Below, piece by piece: positions 1-10,791 of a stretch of 64,000 nt of DNA (position 1 is the stretch's first letter; each line of letters opens with the position of its first letter). The stretch covers positions 337,648 to 401,647 of the forward strand of contig OZ251509.1 in the NCBI GenBank assembly GCA_965242855.1, in the 5' to 3' direction. Below the pieces are notes generated by a model. The model made no database searches and was not told the DNA's origin. It was given only the letters and a program-made list of their open reading frames with translations. Both the position numbers and the translations under genes were made by a program. The stretch is from Alphaproteobacteria bacterium (GTDB lineage Bacteria; Pseudomonadota; Alphaproteobacteria; UBA828).

Positions 1-287
1 TCCCCCATGAGGGGAGGCATATTCTTGTTTTATTCTTGCTCCCGCGTTTGCACCGCCTCGCCCTCGCGTCGCGCCCATACCTCATCGCATGGTGCGTATG
101 GCGCAGTTCAGGCGCTACTCTGGCGCATATCGGGGGGAGACGTCAAGTTCATGTCCCGGTTCACGATATACGAGATGCCGGGTGGGCCGTGGGGAGCGGC
201 GCGTCAGGCCGCTTCGCGGCTCCTTCGCTGCGCTCCCGGCCCTGCGGGTGACCCGCCTCTCCCCACGGCTCCGAGAGCGATGAGGAC

Positions 288-719
288 ATGATGGCGAAAG
301 CGGAGGTCGGGCAAACGGTGCGCGTGCACTATTCCGGGACGCTCGAGGACGGAACCGAATTCGACTCATCCGTCGGTGACGGGCCGATGAAGCTCACCAT
401 CGGCGAGGGCGCCGCCCTGCCCGCGTTCGAGCAGGCGCTGGTCGGCATGGCACCTGGCGACACCAAGACCGTGTGCGTGCCGGCGATGGAGGCTCACGGT
501 CTCCATTTTCAAGAATTGGTGCGGACCGTGGACCGTTCGCGGATCCCCGCATCCGAGGACCTGACCGTCGGCACGCGGATTAGCGCGACCCTCATGGGCG
601 GTGTCCGCGCCTATCTGAGAATCGTCGACATCTCGGACGAGAGGGTGACGGTCGACCTCAACCATCCCCTGGCCGGCAAGGACCTGACCTACGAGATAAC
701 GATGGTCGAGTTCGCTTGA
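288..719 (+). CDS. FKBP-type peptidyl-prolyl cis-trans isomerase (SlyD/FkpB-like, FKBP domain with inserted IF/flap domain)
   Basis: Translation 'VRVHYSGTLEDGTEFDSS...' is the classic FKBP signature. The C-terminal part 'VDLNHPLAGKDLTYEITMVEF' resembles the SlyD IF domain. Confidence 0.8.
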   Translation: MMAKAEVGQTVRVHYSGTLEDGTEFDSSVGDGPMKLTIGEGAALPAFEQALVGMAPGDTKTVCVPAMEAHGLHFQELVRTVDRSRIPASEDLTVGTRISATLMGGVRAYLRIVDISDERVTVDLNHPLAGKDLTYEITMVEFA

Positions 720-746
720 TCCCCTGGGAGCCTGCGGCACAGGCTC

Positions 747-1292
747 CTAGGTGTCTCGCGCACGGATCAGCACGACCGCGCCGGCCTCGGTGTGCCCGCC
801 ACTGTGAATGACGCTGTTGGGCGCATGATGATCGTCACCGGCCCCGAGGGTCACGTCGCCCAGGGAGAAATCACCCGAGACCAACAAGCACTCTTCGGGT
901 GATCCGGCGTCGGCCACGGGGCAGCGGGCGCCGGGCTCCATGCGAACGATATAGACCATGGACCCGACCTGGTGATCGTAGTGCAGCACCATCCCTGCCA
1001 CGCCCGGCGCGATCGTGGACCAGGCCCTCGGTCTCTCTTCCGGCGTCGGCCCGCTCCGCCCCGACTCGGTGGAGGCACTTCGGCCTTCGCGGGCTGCACG
1101 CAAGGCGTCGCTCGCATTGCTGCCGAGGAAGCCCGCCATTCGCGTTTCCCATTGATCGACGGCCTTCTTCGCCGCCGGCTCCTCGAGCATCCGCGCTTCG
1201 AAGCGACGAAGGACGTCGTCCGGCAGCGTTCCGGCCAGGAATTCGCCGGCGAGCTCTACGAGAGGCCGCTCCTCGCCCATGCGCGGCATCAT
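747..1292 (-). CDS. ChrR-like cupin domain protein (possible anti-sigma factor cupin domain); start uncertain among M40/M41/M44 of the listed ORF
   Basis: ORF 747..1409(-) has a C-terminal cupin-like segment 'GVAGMVLHYDHQ...LLVSGDFSLGDVTLGAGD'. The N-terminal 40 aa of the ORF are R-rich high-GC read-through. The N-terminal Zn motif of true ChrR is absent. Confidence 0.35.
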   Translation of the reverse strand: MMPRMGEERPLVELAGEFLAGTLPDDVLRRFEARMLEEPAAKKAVDQWETRMAGFLGSNASDALRAAREGRSASTESGRSGPTPEERPRAWSTIAPGVAGMVLHYDHQVGSMVYIVRMEPGARCPVADAGSPEECLLVSGDFSLGDVTLGAGDDHHAPNSVIHSGGHTEAGAVVLIRARDT

Positions 1293-1476
1293 ACAGATTC
1301 GCGATCCGACGACACCGGAATTCGGCAAGCGGGTGGTTTTGGCTGGACCGTCGGATCGAGCGGGCCCCGCAGCCAGACATGCGTATCGAAGCGAACGGAT
1401 CGGCCGCAACGCGCGTCCTCGAAATCCATCCGACGACAGGGGCGAGCGTCACGGCCGCCCGCCGGCGCTTCGCCCG

Positions 1477-2340
1477 TCAGAACCGCGTCGCCGCGCGCGC
1501 GCCGCTGCGGCGGCGGAGCCACTCCACCGTGCCCAGCAACAGCAGCGCGAAGGCGACCAGGAAGGTCGCGACCGCGAGGATCTCCGGGCTGATCTCTTCG
1601 CGGATGCCGGACCACATCTGCCGCGGGATGGTGCGCTGCTCCAGGCCGCCCATGAAGAGCACGGTGACCACCTCGTCGAGCGAGATGGCGAAGGCGAAGA
1701 GCGCGCCGGCGCTCACGCCGGGGGCGATCGCCGGCAGCTGGACGCGGCGGAAGACGACCAGCGGCCCCGCGCCCAGGCTGGCGGCGGCGCGGGCGAGGTT
1801 GCGGTCGAAGCCCGCGAGGGTCGCGGTCACGGTGATGACGACGAAGGGCGTGCCCAGGGCCGCGTGGGAGAGGATCAGGCTGAGATGCGTCTGCGCCAGC
1901 CCGAGATCGGCGTAGAAGAAGAACATCCCCGCCGCCGAGATGATGATCGGCGTGACCATCGGCGAGAGGAGCAGGCCCGTCACCGGCACGCGGGCGGGCA
2001 TGGCCGGGTTCGCCAGCCCGAGCGCGGCGAGGACGCCCAAGGTCGTGGCGATGGCGGTGGCGGCGATGCCGATGAGGAAGCTGTTGGCGAGCGCGCGCAG
2101 CCAGCCCTCGTCCTCGATGACGCCGCGATACCAGCGCAGCGACCAGGCGTCCGCGTCGAGGCGCAGCATGCCCTCGGTGAAGGTGAAATAGGGCTCGGCG
2201 TTGAAGCTGAGCGGCACCACCACCAGCATCGGCGCGATCAGGAAGACGAACACGGCGCCGCAGAACGCGAGATGAAGGCCGCGGCCCAGGCGGACGCCGC
2301 CCGGTCCAAGGAGGGGGCGGCGGAAGGCGCCGGGCGCCAT
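1477..2340 (-). CDS. ABC transporter permease (PotC-like, spermidine/putrescine family)
   Basis: Multi-TM hydrophobic protein with a permease loop 'LDEVVTVLFMGG'. Its stop overlaps the upstream permease gene. It is the last gene of an ATPase-SBP-permease-permease operon. Confidence 0.8.
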   Translation of the reverse strand: MAPGAFRRPLLGPGGVRLGRGLHLAFCGAVFVFLIAPMLVVVPLSFNAEPYFTFTEGMLRLDADAWSLRWYRGVIEDEGWLRALANSFLIGIAATAIATTLGVLAALGLANPAMPARVPVTGLLLSPMVTPIIISAAGMFFFYADLGLAQTHLSLILSHAALGTPFVVITVTATLAGFDRNLARAAASLGAGPLVVFRRVQLPAIAPGVSAGALFAFAISLDEVVTVLFMGGLEQRTIPRQMWSGIREEISPEILAVATFLVAFALLLLGTVEWLRRRSGARAATRF

Positions 2341-3536
2341 CAGGCGAGCCGCATCCGTTCGATGCCGACGAGGCGATCGTAAACCACGTAGAGGACCGCC
2401 ACGCAGGCGAGCAGGATGCCGCCCAGCGCCGCCGCCAGCCCCCAGTTCAGCGACTCCTGCATGTGGTAGGCGATCATGTTGGAGATGAGCTGCCCGGTGC
2501 GCCCGCCCACCAGCGCCGGCGTGATGTAGTAGCCGATGGCGAGGATGAAGACGAGCAGGGCGCCCGCCGCCGCGCCGGGCAGGGTCTGCGGCCAGTAGAC
2601 CCGCAGGAACGCCTGCCGCGGGGTCGCGCCCAGGCTCGCCGCCGCCCGCAGGTGCAGGGGCGGGATCGTGCGCATGACCGCGTAGAGCGGCAGGATCATG
2701 AACGGCAGCAGGACGTGGGTCATGGCGACCAGCGTGCCGGTCATGTTGTGGATCATCGCCAGCCGCCCGTTCTCGTCGATCAGGCCGACGGCGACCAGCA
2801 GGTCGTTGACGACGCCCTGGTTCTGGAGGAGGACGATCCAGGAGGTGGTGCGCACCAGGAGCGACGTCCAGAACGGCACCAGCACCAGCATGAGCAGCAG
2901 GTTCGACCGCGCCGGTGAAGCGTTCGCGATCAGATAGGCGAGGGGATAGCCGAGCGCCAGGCAGAGGGCGGTGACGGCGAGGGCCACGGCCAGGGTGCGC
3001 CCGAGGAGCGGCAGGTAGATGCGCCGCTCCGGCGGTTGGGCGGTCACGGCGCCGGCCTCGTCCCGGTCCAGGTCGAGGGCGTTCAGGTAATGGCGGATGG
3101 TGACGCGCTCGCCGGCGCGGCGGAGCGCCCGCCAGGCGGCGGCTTCGCTCCAGGCCGGGTCGGCGGCGATCATCGCCTCCCGCCAGGATTCGGGCGCGGC
3201 GCCGCGCAGCTTGCGGGCGGTCCGCATCATGGTGCTGCGCATCCCGCTTTCCAGCCGGTTGACGCGGGACGCCACGGCGCCGAGGGCGCGGCGCGCGCGC
3301 AGCGCCTCGATCTCCGCCGCCAGCGCGCGGAACGCCGCCTCGTCCGGCAGCGACCGGCCCTCCCAGGCCTCGAGCAGCGCCAGCGTCTCCGGCAGGGAGT
3401 CGGCCACCAGCGGCTCGTGGACGCCGCGGGCCAGCATCGTCCCGAGCGGGGCGAGGAAGGTCGCGCCGATGAAGGCGACGAGCGGCAGGGTGAGCAGCGC
3501 CGCCCGCAGGCGGGCCGCTACATGCGCGCGAGCCAC
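2340..3536 (-). CDS. ABC transporter permease (PotB-like) with an N-terminal extension
   Basis: 398-aa integral membrane protein with an ABC permease fold in its C-terminal two thirds. It overlaps the SBP gene by 19 bp. Confidence 0.8.
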   Translation of the reverse strand: MARAHVAARLRAALLTLPLVAFIGATFLAPLGTMLARGVHEPLVADSLPETLALLEAWEGRSLPDEAAFRALAAEIEALRARRALGAVASRVNRLESGMRSTMMRTARKLRGAAPESWREAMIAADPAWSEAAAWRALRRAGERVTIRHYLNALDLDRDEAGAVTAQPPERRIYLPLLGRTLAVALAVTALCLALGYPLAYLIANASPARSNLLLMLVLVPFWTSLLVRTTSWIVLLQNQGVVNDLLVAVGLIDENGRLAMIHNMTGTLVAMTHVLLPFMILPLYAVMRTIPPLHLRAAASLGATPRQAFLRVYWPQTLPGAAAGALLVFILAIGYYITPALVGGRTGQLISNMIAYHMQESLNWGLAAALGGILLACVAVLYVVYDRLVGIERMRLA

Positions 3537-4642
3537 GCGCTGAACCGCTCGTTCATCTCATCGGCGTTGTCGCTCCACCATTCCCAATCGTTGAACAGGG
3601 CGTTGGTCAGGTTCTCCGGGCTGGTCGGCATGTGCGGGCGCATGTCGATGCCGGTCTCGGCGTGGGTGGAAATCAGGCCGGCGCCCGAGCGCCGCGCCGG
3701 GCCGTAGGCGATGTAGCGCGCCACGGCGGCCATGGATTCGACGCGGGAGGCGAACATCAGGAAGCGCCGCGCCGCCTCCAGGTTGGGCGTCCCGGCGACG
3801 ATGGCGAGCGCGCTGCCGTCCAGCACCTGGCCATCCCAGACGATCGTGAAGGGCTGGTTCTCCAGCACCTGCGCGTTGAAGATGCGGCCGTTCCAGGCGG
3901 TGCTCATCGCCACTTCGCGGTCCGCCAGCATCTGCGGCGGCTGGGCGCCCGCCTCCCACCAGACGATGTGGTCCTTGATCGTGTCCAGCTTGCGGAACGC
4001 CCGGTCCACGCCTTCCGGCGTATCCAGGACCTCGTACACCCGGTCCGCCGGCACGCCGTCCGCCATCAGCGCGAATTCGAGATTGACGTCGGCCCGCCGC
4101 CGCATCCCGCGGCGTCCGGGGAACTTCTCGAGATCGAAGAAATCCGCGATGGTGGTGGGCTTCTCATCTGGAAAACTCTCGCGGTTGTAGGCGTAGATGG
4201 TGGAGAAGAGGATGCCGCCGCCGCTGCATCCCTCCAGCGGCGCGCCCTCGAAATAGTCCTCGCGCGCCGGCGTGCCGTCCGGCCCCGGCGGCAGGTCGTC
4301 CACGGCGACGGGCTCCAGCAGCCCTTCGTCGCACGCCCGCACCAATTCGGCGAAGTTGAGATCGACGACGTCCCAGTGGACGTTGCCGGTCTCCACCTGG
4401 GCGCGGATCTGGGCGAGGTCGCCGGTGAAGTCGTCGAGGCGCACCTCGATGCCGGTCTCGGCGGTGAAGGGCTCGTGATACGCCTTCTGGCAGGCCCTGG
4501 CGTAGGAGCCGCCGTAGGACACCGCGGTGATCGATTCGGCGTGCGCGAGGGAAGGGAGGGCGAAGGCCGCCAGCAGAACGGCGGCGAGGGCCCGTTTCGC
4601 GGCGCCCGCCGGCGCCGTTCGTGCGATCCGATGCATCGTCAT
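3518..4642 (-). CDS. ABC transporter periplasmic substrate-binding protein (PotD/PotF polyamine-binding family)
   Basis: Signal peptide 'MTMHRIARTAPAGAAKRALAAVLLAAFALPSLAHA', followed by an SBP fold such as 'ITAVSYGGSYARA'. Confidence 0.8.
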   Translation of the reverse strand: MTMHRIARTAPAGAAKRALAAVLLAAFALPSLAHAESITAVSYGGSYARACQKAYHEPFTAETGIEVRLDDFTGDLAQIRAQVETGNVHWDVVDLNFAELVRACDEGLLEPVAVDDLPPGPDGTPAREDYFEGAPLEGCSGGGILFSTIYAYNRESFPDEKPTTIADFFDLEKFPGRRGMRRRADVNLEFALMADGVPADRVYEVLDTPEGVDRAFRKLDTIKDHIVWWEAGAQPPQMLADREVAMSTAWNGRIFNAQVLENQPFTIVWDGQVLDGSALAIVAGTPNLEAARRFLMFASRVESMAAVARYIAYGPARRSGAGLISTHAETGIDMRPHMPTSPENLTNALFNDWEWWSDNADEMNERFSAWLARM

Positions 4643-4708
4643 GGGGCGGTTCCTCCCGTTGTCGGTTGCATTGCGCGTCGCCCGGTCCGCCGGCGCGGAC
4701 CGGCGCGG

Positions 4709-5857
<1,149 letters not shown>

Positions 5858-6011
5858 CGCAGGTCCGCCATGATACACGCAACCGCCCGCCTCCCGCCGT
5901 CCTCCTTCCGCCGCGGGTGGGCGTGCCCGCAAGGCTCGCGGCGGCCCCGCGGATGCGCTACTTATGGCGGGGAACGAAGAGCCCGGCCTCGCCCGGGCGC
6001 GGCGGCGGGCC

Positions 6012-6704
6012 ATGGAGACGGCGGAGCGCAAGGAGGACCGGTTCGCGACCCTGCGGCGGGCCATGGTCGAGCAGGTGGCGCATCATGCCGGCCAGACGGG
6101 CGCAGGCACCGGCCGGGGCGCGTTCGCCGAAGCGGTCATGGACGCGCTCGGGCGGGTTCCGCGCCACGCCTTCGTGCCCGTCGAGATGCAGCTCTACGCC
6201 TATGCCGATTCGCCGTTGCCGATCGGCTGCGGCAAGACGATCTCGCAGCCCTTCATCGTGGCCCTGATGACCGACCTCCTCGAGATCGGCCCCGGCGACC
6301 GGGTCCTCGAAATCGGCACGGGCCTGGGCTACCAGGCGGCCCTGCTGGCCGAGCTCGCGGGCGAGGTGTTCACCGTCGAGCGCATCGAGGAACTGGCGGC
6401 GAGCGCCCGCCGGCGGCTCGCCGAGCAGGGCTACGGCAACGTCCGCTTCCGCCGGGGCGACGGCGGCCTCGGCTGGCCGGACCACGCGCCCTACGACCGC
6501 ATCATCGCCACGGCCGCGCCCGATCTGATCCCGCCGGCGCTGTTGCAGCAGCTCAAGCCCGGCGGGCGCATGGTGCTGCCCGCGGGCCTCGAGGACGATC
6601 AGCGCCTGTTCCTGGTCACCAAGGACGACGGCGGACGGATCGAGACCGCCGAGCTCCTCCCGGTGCGCTTCTCCCGCCTCGAGAGCGGCGACCCGCCCGC
6701 CTGA
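6012..6704 (+). CDS. pcm: protein-L-isoaspartate(D-aspartate) O-methyltransferase
   Basis: AdoMet motif 'VLEIGTGLGYQAALLAEL' and 'ISQPFIVALMTDLL' are typical PCMT. ATG at 6012 lies within ORF 5964..6704. Confidence 0.85.
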   Translation: METAERKEDRFATLRRAMVEQVAHHAGQTGAGTGRGAFAEAVMDALGRVPRHAFVPVEMQLYAYADSPLPIGCGKTISQPFIVALMTDLLEIGPGDRVLEIGTGLGYQAALLAELAGEVFTVERIEELAASARRRLAEQGYGNVRFRRGDGGLGWPDHAPYDRIIATAAPDLIPPALLQQLKPGGRMVLPAGLEDDQRLFLVTKDDGGRIETAELLPVRFSRLESGDPPA

Positions 6705-6751
6705 ATCCGGGCGGTTACGCCGCGCCGTCCCGGCGGGCGCCGTCGCGCATC

Positions 6752-7036
6752 TCAGCCGTCGGCCCGCACCAAGCCCACGGTCAGCTGCGCGCCGGTCGCT
6801 TCGGCGTAGCGGCGCAGGGTGGCGAAGGACGGCGACACCCGGCCGCCCTCCAGCCGTGCGATCGCGGACTGGGTCGTGCCGAGCCGCCGGGCGACGTCCG
6901 CCTGCGTCAGCTTCGCCGCCGTGCGGGCGCGAACCAGCGCTTCGACCAGCGCGTACTCTTCGTCGACCCGCGCGTATTCCTCCCGGAATTCCGGGTCCTC
7001 CATGAAACGCTTCTTCAGCTCCTTCAGCTTCGCCAT
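6752..7036 (-). CDS. XRE-family HTH antitoxin (HigA-like)
   Basis: 94-aa protein with HTH 'LTQADVARRLGTTQSAIARLEGG'. It lies immediately downstream of, and overlaps by 13 nt, a RelE/HigB-family toxin gene. Confidence 0.75.
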   Translation of the reverse strand: MAKLKELKKRFMEDPEFREEYARVDEEYALVEALVRARTAAKLTQADVARRLGTTQSAIARLEGGRVSPSFATLRRYAEATGAQLTVGLVRADG

Positions 7037-7362
7037 GACGTCATCTGCCTCATCCGTTCTCTGGCGGTCGCGAGCACCCGGTGCGGCGTCTTGCGCGACT
7101 TCTTCGCGAAGACGTGTAGAATCACCATCCGCCGTCCGGGCGCCATCGCGTAGATCCCTCTGGCGATCCCACCTTCGGCCCTGACTCGAAGTTCCCAGAG
7201 CTTGCCGTCTAGATGCTTGACGTGCGGTGCGTGAAGCGCCTCCGGACCGACATTCTCCACCACCTCAAGCAACCGGGTCAGCCGGGCGCGCAACACCACT
7301 GGCAGAGCCTCGATTTCGGCCTCGGCGGCCGCGACGATTTCGACGTTGGTTTTCCCAGACAT
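7024..7362 (-). CDS. type II toxin-antitoxin system RelE/ParE-superfamily toxin (HigB-like, COG4679). The conserved toxin core starts at M54, while the listed ORF extends to 7521 with a repetitive low-GC N-terminal extension
   Basis: 'LPVVLRARLTRLLEVVENVGPEALHAPHVKHLDGKLWELRVRAEGGIARGIYAMAPGRRMVILHVFAKKSRKTPHRVLATARER' matches the phage Gp49/HigB-like toxin family. It sits upstream of an HTH antitoxin in the toxin-first arrangement. Confidence 0.7.
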   Translation of the reverse strand: MSGKTNVEIVAAAEAEIEALPVVLRARLTRLLEVVENVGPEALHAPHVKHLDGKLWELRVRAEGGIARGIYAMAPGRRMVILHVFAKKSRKTPHRVLATARERMRQMTSWRS

Positions 7363-7480
7363 CAGTTTCCCTTTCTTGATCTCGCCCTCGACGGCTCCGA
7401 CGTTGATTTCCTTAGACATCGGCTTTCCTTTGATTTTCATAGACACCAGCTTTCCCTTCCCTTTCTCGATTCCGGCCTCG
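7340..7480. repeat. Degenerate direct repeats (~45-55 bp units, 'agacatc(a/g)g(c)tttcc...ttgat(c/t)t...') of low GC inside the 5' extension of the toxin ORF
   Basis: Repeated 'gttggttttcccagacatcagtttccctttcttgatctcgcc' / 'gttgatttccttagacatcggctttcctttgattttcatagacaccagctttccc'. The translation gives repeated KGK-x-MS(G/K)K-x-NV motifs. Confidence 0.5.
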
Positions 7481-7608
7481 ATGGCCGCAACGGTTTCGAC
7501 CATCCAACCCACGCCCGTCATATAGCGTATTCGCTATGTGTATTCAAGCGCCGGAGACGATGGTCCCGGGATTGACGATGCCGACCCGTATTCTCCCCTC
7601 CGCCGCGC

Positions 7609-9060
7609 TTACCCGCCGGTCAGGAGGCGATCCAGGATGCGCGCGCCTTCCCCCCAGTCGTAGCGCGCGAAGCAGTGGGCCGTCGTCACGAAACTCGCGC
7701 CGGCGTAGAACATCTCGTATTGCGTGTGGCGCCCGGCGAACTCCGAGCCCACGGCGTCCCAGGCGAGCTTCATCAGCGCCATCCGCTCGGCCGCGCCCTC
7801 GCCCGGGCGGGCCGAGACCTGGATGCTGTCGAGGATGCGCGCGACCTCGGCGTTGTCCAGGTCCGCGGCGGACGACGGCAGCATGATCAGGCCGCCGCCG
7901 GCGAGCGAACGAATCTCCTCGATGAAGCGGGGATAGAGCGCCTGGGTGTGCACCTGGGCCGCGTACAACATGCCGGCGTCGGGCAGGAAGTACCCGCCGG
8001 CCGTCGGCGCGCCCGCGCTCTCCATCCCGTAAAGCAGCCCCTCGACGGTCGCGGCCTGGGCCGCCATCCGCCCGAGCCGCTCGCGCACCGGCGCCATGCC
8101 GATGGTCCCGATGGTCTCGGCGATGCGGCGGGCCACGGCCAGCAGGAACTTGAGCTTGACCACTAGGCGGATCTGCGACTGGTAGTTCTGGAAGACATGC
8201 CCCGGCGTGTCGTGGAACTGGGCGCGGCACATGTCCGTGTCGCCGCGCAGGAAGACCCGCTCCCACGGCACCTTGACATCGTCGAAATAGACCACCGAGT
8301 CGTTCTCGTCGAAGCGGTGGGAGAGCGGGTTGTCCCACGGGCCGGCGGCGCTCGCCTCGTAGCTCTTGCGCGAGAGGACCTTGAGCCCCCGGGCCTCCAG
8401 CGGGACGGCGAAGGAAACGGCGAACCGCTCCTCCCCCGGCTGGAGGGGTTGCAGGTTGGCGACGAAGAGCTCCTCCGCCATGACGGCGCCCGTCCCCAGC
8501 ATCTTCGCGCCCCGCACCGTCACGCCCGCGCCGTCCTCGTCGACGACCCGCATGGCGAGGTCCTCGTTCGACTGCGCGGCCTGCGCCCTGGAGCGGTCGC
8601 CCTGGGGATTGACGATGACGTAGCTCAGGTAGAGGTCGTTGTCGCGGGCGTATTCGTAATAGGCGCGCAGGGCCTCGGCGAACCGCGCCCCGTGGCGCTC
8701 GAACACCTCGATCCCCATCATCTGCCCGGCGAGCGCGGAGGCGAGATGGTCGGGCGAGCGCCCGAGGAAGCCCCCGTGGAGCGCGGCCCAAGCGGTGAGC
8801 GCCTCGCGCCGCGCGACGAGTTCCGCGCGGCTCCGCGGCATCTGCCAGGCGCGGTTGACGCGGCGGCCGGTATCGGTCTCGAAGGTCATCCGTTCGACGT
8901 TGCCGGGCGCCGCCTGGAAGTCGTAGAGCGCCGCCGCCGAGCGGCAGGAATTGGCGAACGCCGGATGGTCGGCGACTCGCGCGATCCGCTCGCCGTCCAG
9001 ATAGACTTCGCGATCCTTGTCGAGGGCGCGCAGGTGGGCCGCGCCGTCCTTCACCGCCAT
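7609..9060 (-). CDS. 4-hydroxyphenylacetate 3-monooxygenase oxygenase component family protein (HpaB-like flavin-dependent monooxygenase)
   Basis: 483-aa protein with an N-terminus 'LDGERIARVADHPAFANSCRSAAALYDF' and overall HpaB-family architecture. The overlapping 555-aa ORF 7544..9211 is an artefact. Confidence 0.75.
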   Translation of the reverse strand: MAVKDGAAHLRALDKDREVYLDGERIARVADHPAFANSCRSAAALYDFQAAPGNVERMTFETDTGRRVNRAWQMPRSRAELVARREALTAWAALHGGFLGRSPDHLASALAGQMMGIEVFERHGARFAEALRAYYEYARDNDLYLSYVIVNPQGDRSRAQAAQSNEDLAMRVVDEDGAGVTVRGAKMLGTGAVMAEELFVANLQPLQPGEERFAVSFAVPLEARGLKVLSRKSYEASAAGPWDNPLSHRFDENDSVVYFDDVKVPWERVFLRGDTDMCRAQFHDTPGHVFQNYQSQIRLVVKLKFLLAVARRIAETIGTIGMAPVRERLGRMAAQAATVEGLLYGMESAGAPTAGGYFLPDAGMLYAAQVHTQALYPRFIEEIRSLAGGGLIMLPSSAADLDNAEVARILDSIQVSARPGEGAAERMALMKLAWDAVGSEFAGRHTQYEMFYAGASFVTTAHCFARYDWGEGARILDRLLTGG

Positions 9061-9306
9061 GTCGGGTCGCTCCTCGCGTCGCCGCCGCCGCGCCCCGGCC
9101 CATCATAGCCCGGATTCCCCACACGGCGCGCGAGGCGGTCGGGCGCCGGACGGAATCGCCACGGCGGAACGGTGACACGAATCCGTCACATGATCGCATT
9201 CTCCGAGTCACACGCGGCGCCTAGGGTTCCCGCGCCCAACGGCCTCCCGCGTGGAGGCCGCCGGGGCGTGATCGGGAGAGAATCAGGAGAGCCAAAGGGG
9301 GCCACG

Positions 9307-10614
9307 ATGGGTCTTGTGCAGAATCGGCGTCGTTTGCGGGGCCGACCGTTCGTATCGGCGTTGCTGGGGACGACGTTCATGGCCGGGGTCGCGTGCCTCG
9401 CGGGTCCGGCGCTGGCCGACGGCCATCTCGAGGAGGAGAACGCCGCGCTCAGGTCCATGATCGAGGACCTGCAGCAGGAGGTCGATATCCTCAAGGGGAT
9501 GGTGATCAGGCAGAACGAGAAGATCGCCGAGGCGGTGGAGCCCAGGGCGCCGGCGAAGATGGTGAAATCCGGCAAGGACAAGGTGAGCCTGTCCGTCTCC
9601 GGCCAGGTCAACCGCATGCTGCTCTACGCCAGCGACGGCCGGGATTCGCGCTTTTTCCACGCCGACAACGACCAGTCCTCGACTCGCGTGCGCTTCAAGG
9701 GCAAGGCGAAGCTCGACGACGAATGGTCGGCGGGCGCCACCTTCGAGGCCGAGCTCGAGTCGAACTCGTCGGGCAGCGTGACGATCGAAGACACCGGGGT
9801 CGGGGGCGACAGCAACAAGGCCTCGCTCAAGGAGCGCAAGCTGGAGCTCTTCTTCAAGAGCAAGAGGCTCGGCAAGCTCTCGCTCGGCCAGGGCAGCACC
9901 GCTTCCGACGGCTCCGTCGAGGAGGACCTCTCGGGCACCGGCGTGATCACCAGCGCCGGCTTCGGCGGCACCGGCAACTCGCTCGCATTCGTGGAGTCGA
10001 ATTCGGCGACACGGGAAGCGTCCGACATCAAGGTCGGCAACCTGTTCAGCAACTACGACGGCCTGAGTCGGAAGGACCGGGTGCGCTACGACACGCCGGG
10101 CTTCGGCGGCGTCAAGCTTTCGACCTCCTTCCTCGGCGGCAAGTGGACCGGCGACAGCGTCGACAGCGGCGCCTGGGACGCGGCGCTGCGCTACGGCCGC
10201 GAGTTCGACGGCGTCGAGGTCGCGGCGGCGGCGGCCACCTGGAAGAAGGACAAGGACACGGAAGGCCGCGGCGGCTCCCTCTCCGTCCTGGCGCCCTCGG
10301 GCACGAGCCTTTCCCTGAGCTATTCGACCCAGGACGAGAAGGGCCAGGACTCGACCTTCCAATACGCGAAGCTGGGCCAGATCTTCGACGCCACCTCCGC
10401 CGGCAAGACGGCGGTCTCCATCGGCTACGGCCGAACCGAAGACCAGGGCGGCACGGGCAACGAGGGCACCTATTACGACCTCGCCGCGGTCCAGAAGATC
10501 AAGAATCTCGGAGCCGAGCTCTACGCCGTCTGGGGCGTCTACAAGGCCGAGATCGTCGCCCAACCGACCGAGGACATCACCATCTTCGGCACCGGCGCGC
10601 GCATCAAGTTCTGA
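9307..10614 (+). CDS. outer-membrane porin (beta-barrel) with signal peptide and N-terminal coiled-coil segment
   Basis: ATG at 9307 is preceded by GGAGAG. The signal peptide '...AGVACLAGPALA' is followed by a coiled coil 'EEENAALRSMIEDLQQEVDILKG', then alternating amphipathic beta strands rich in G/S/T/D/Y. The protein ends in a C-terminal Phe ('ARIKF'). Confidence 0.65.
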   Translation: MGLVQNRRRLRGRPFVSALLGTTFMAGVACLAGPALADGHLEEENAALRSMIEDLQQEVDILKGMVIRQNEKIAEAVEPRAPAKMVKSGKDKVSLSVSGQVNRMLLYASDGRDSRFFHADNDQSSTRVRFKGKAKLDDEWSAGATFEAELESNSSGSVTIEDTGVGGDSNKASLKERKLELFFKSKRLGKLSLGQGSTASDGSVEEDLSGTGVITSAGFGGTGNSLAFVESNSATREASDIKVGNLFSNYDGLSRKDRVRYDTPGFGGVKLSTSFLGGKWTGDSVDSGAWDAALRYGREFDGVEVAAAAATWKKDKDTEGRGGSLSVLAPSGTSLSLSYSTQDEKGQDSTFQYAKLGQIFDATSAGKTAVSIGYGRTEDQGGTGNEGTYYDLAAVQKIKNLGAELYAVWGVYKAEIVAQPTEDITIFGTGARIKF

Positions 10615-10645
10615 CCGCCGCCCCGTCGGGGCGGAACGACGCATC

Positions 10646-10675
10646 GGGGCGGCCGCGGTTCTTCGCGGCCGCCCT
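10646..10675 (+). terminator. Rho-independent terminator-like hairpin downstream of the porin gene
   Basis: Perfect inverted repeat GGGCGGCCGCG-gttcttc-CGCGGCCGCCC, followed by a pyrimidine-rich 'ttctccttcc'. Confidence 0.5.
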
Positions 10676-10791
10676 TCTCCTTCCGCGGCTCGCCGAGAGC
10701 GGAAGCGAGCCGGACCAACGGCCGGCAAAGTCCTCGCGGGCAACCCTCTCCCCGACACGAACCACGGAGAGCCCAGCCACAAAGCCGGGCG

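Noticed and set aside
7544-9211. 555-aa minus-strand ORF and several other >300-aa ORFs (899..1915, 1279..2382, 9283..10782, 9393..11126, 14920..16833, 19038..20753, 22474..24648, 24765..26594, 29253..30419, 35891..37159, 38384..39916)
   Set aside because: All overlap well-supported genes in alternative frames or antisense, and translate to low-complexity Arg/Gly/Pro/Asp-rich sequence. These are expected artefacts of high GC.
9160-9215. Short inverted/direct repeats (GTGAC-8nt-GTCAC; gtcaca...gtcacac) upstream of the porin gene
   Set aside because: The arms are only 5-6 bp, which is expected by chance. They may still be a regulator site, but the evidence is too weak.
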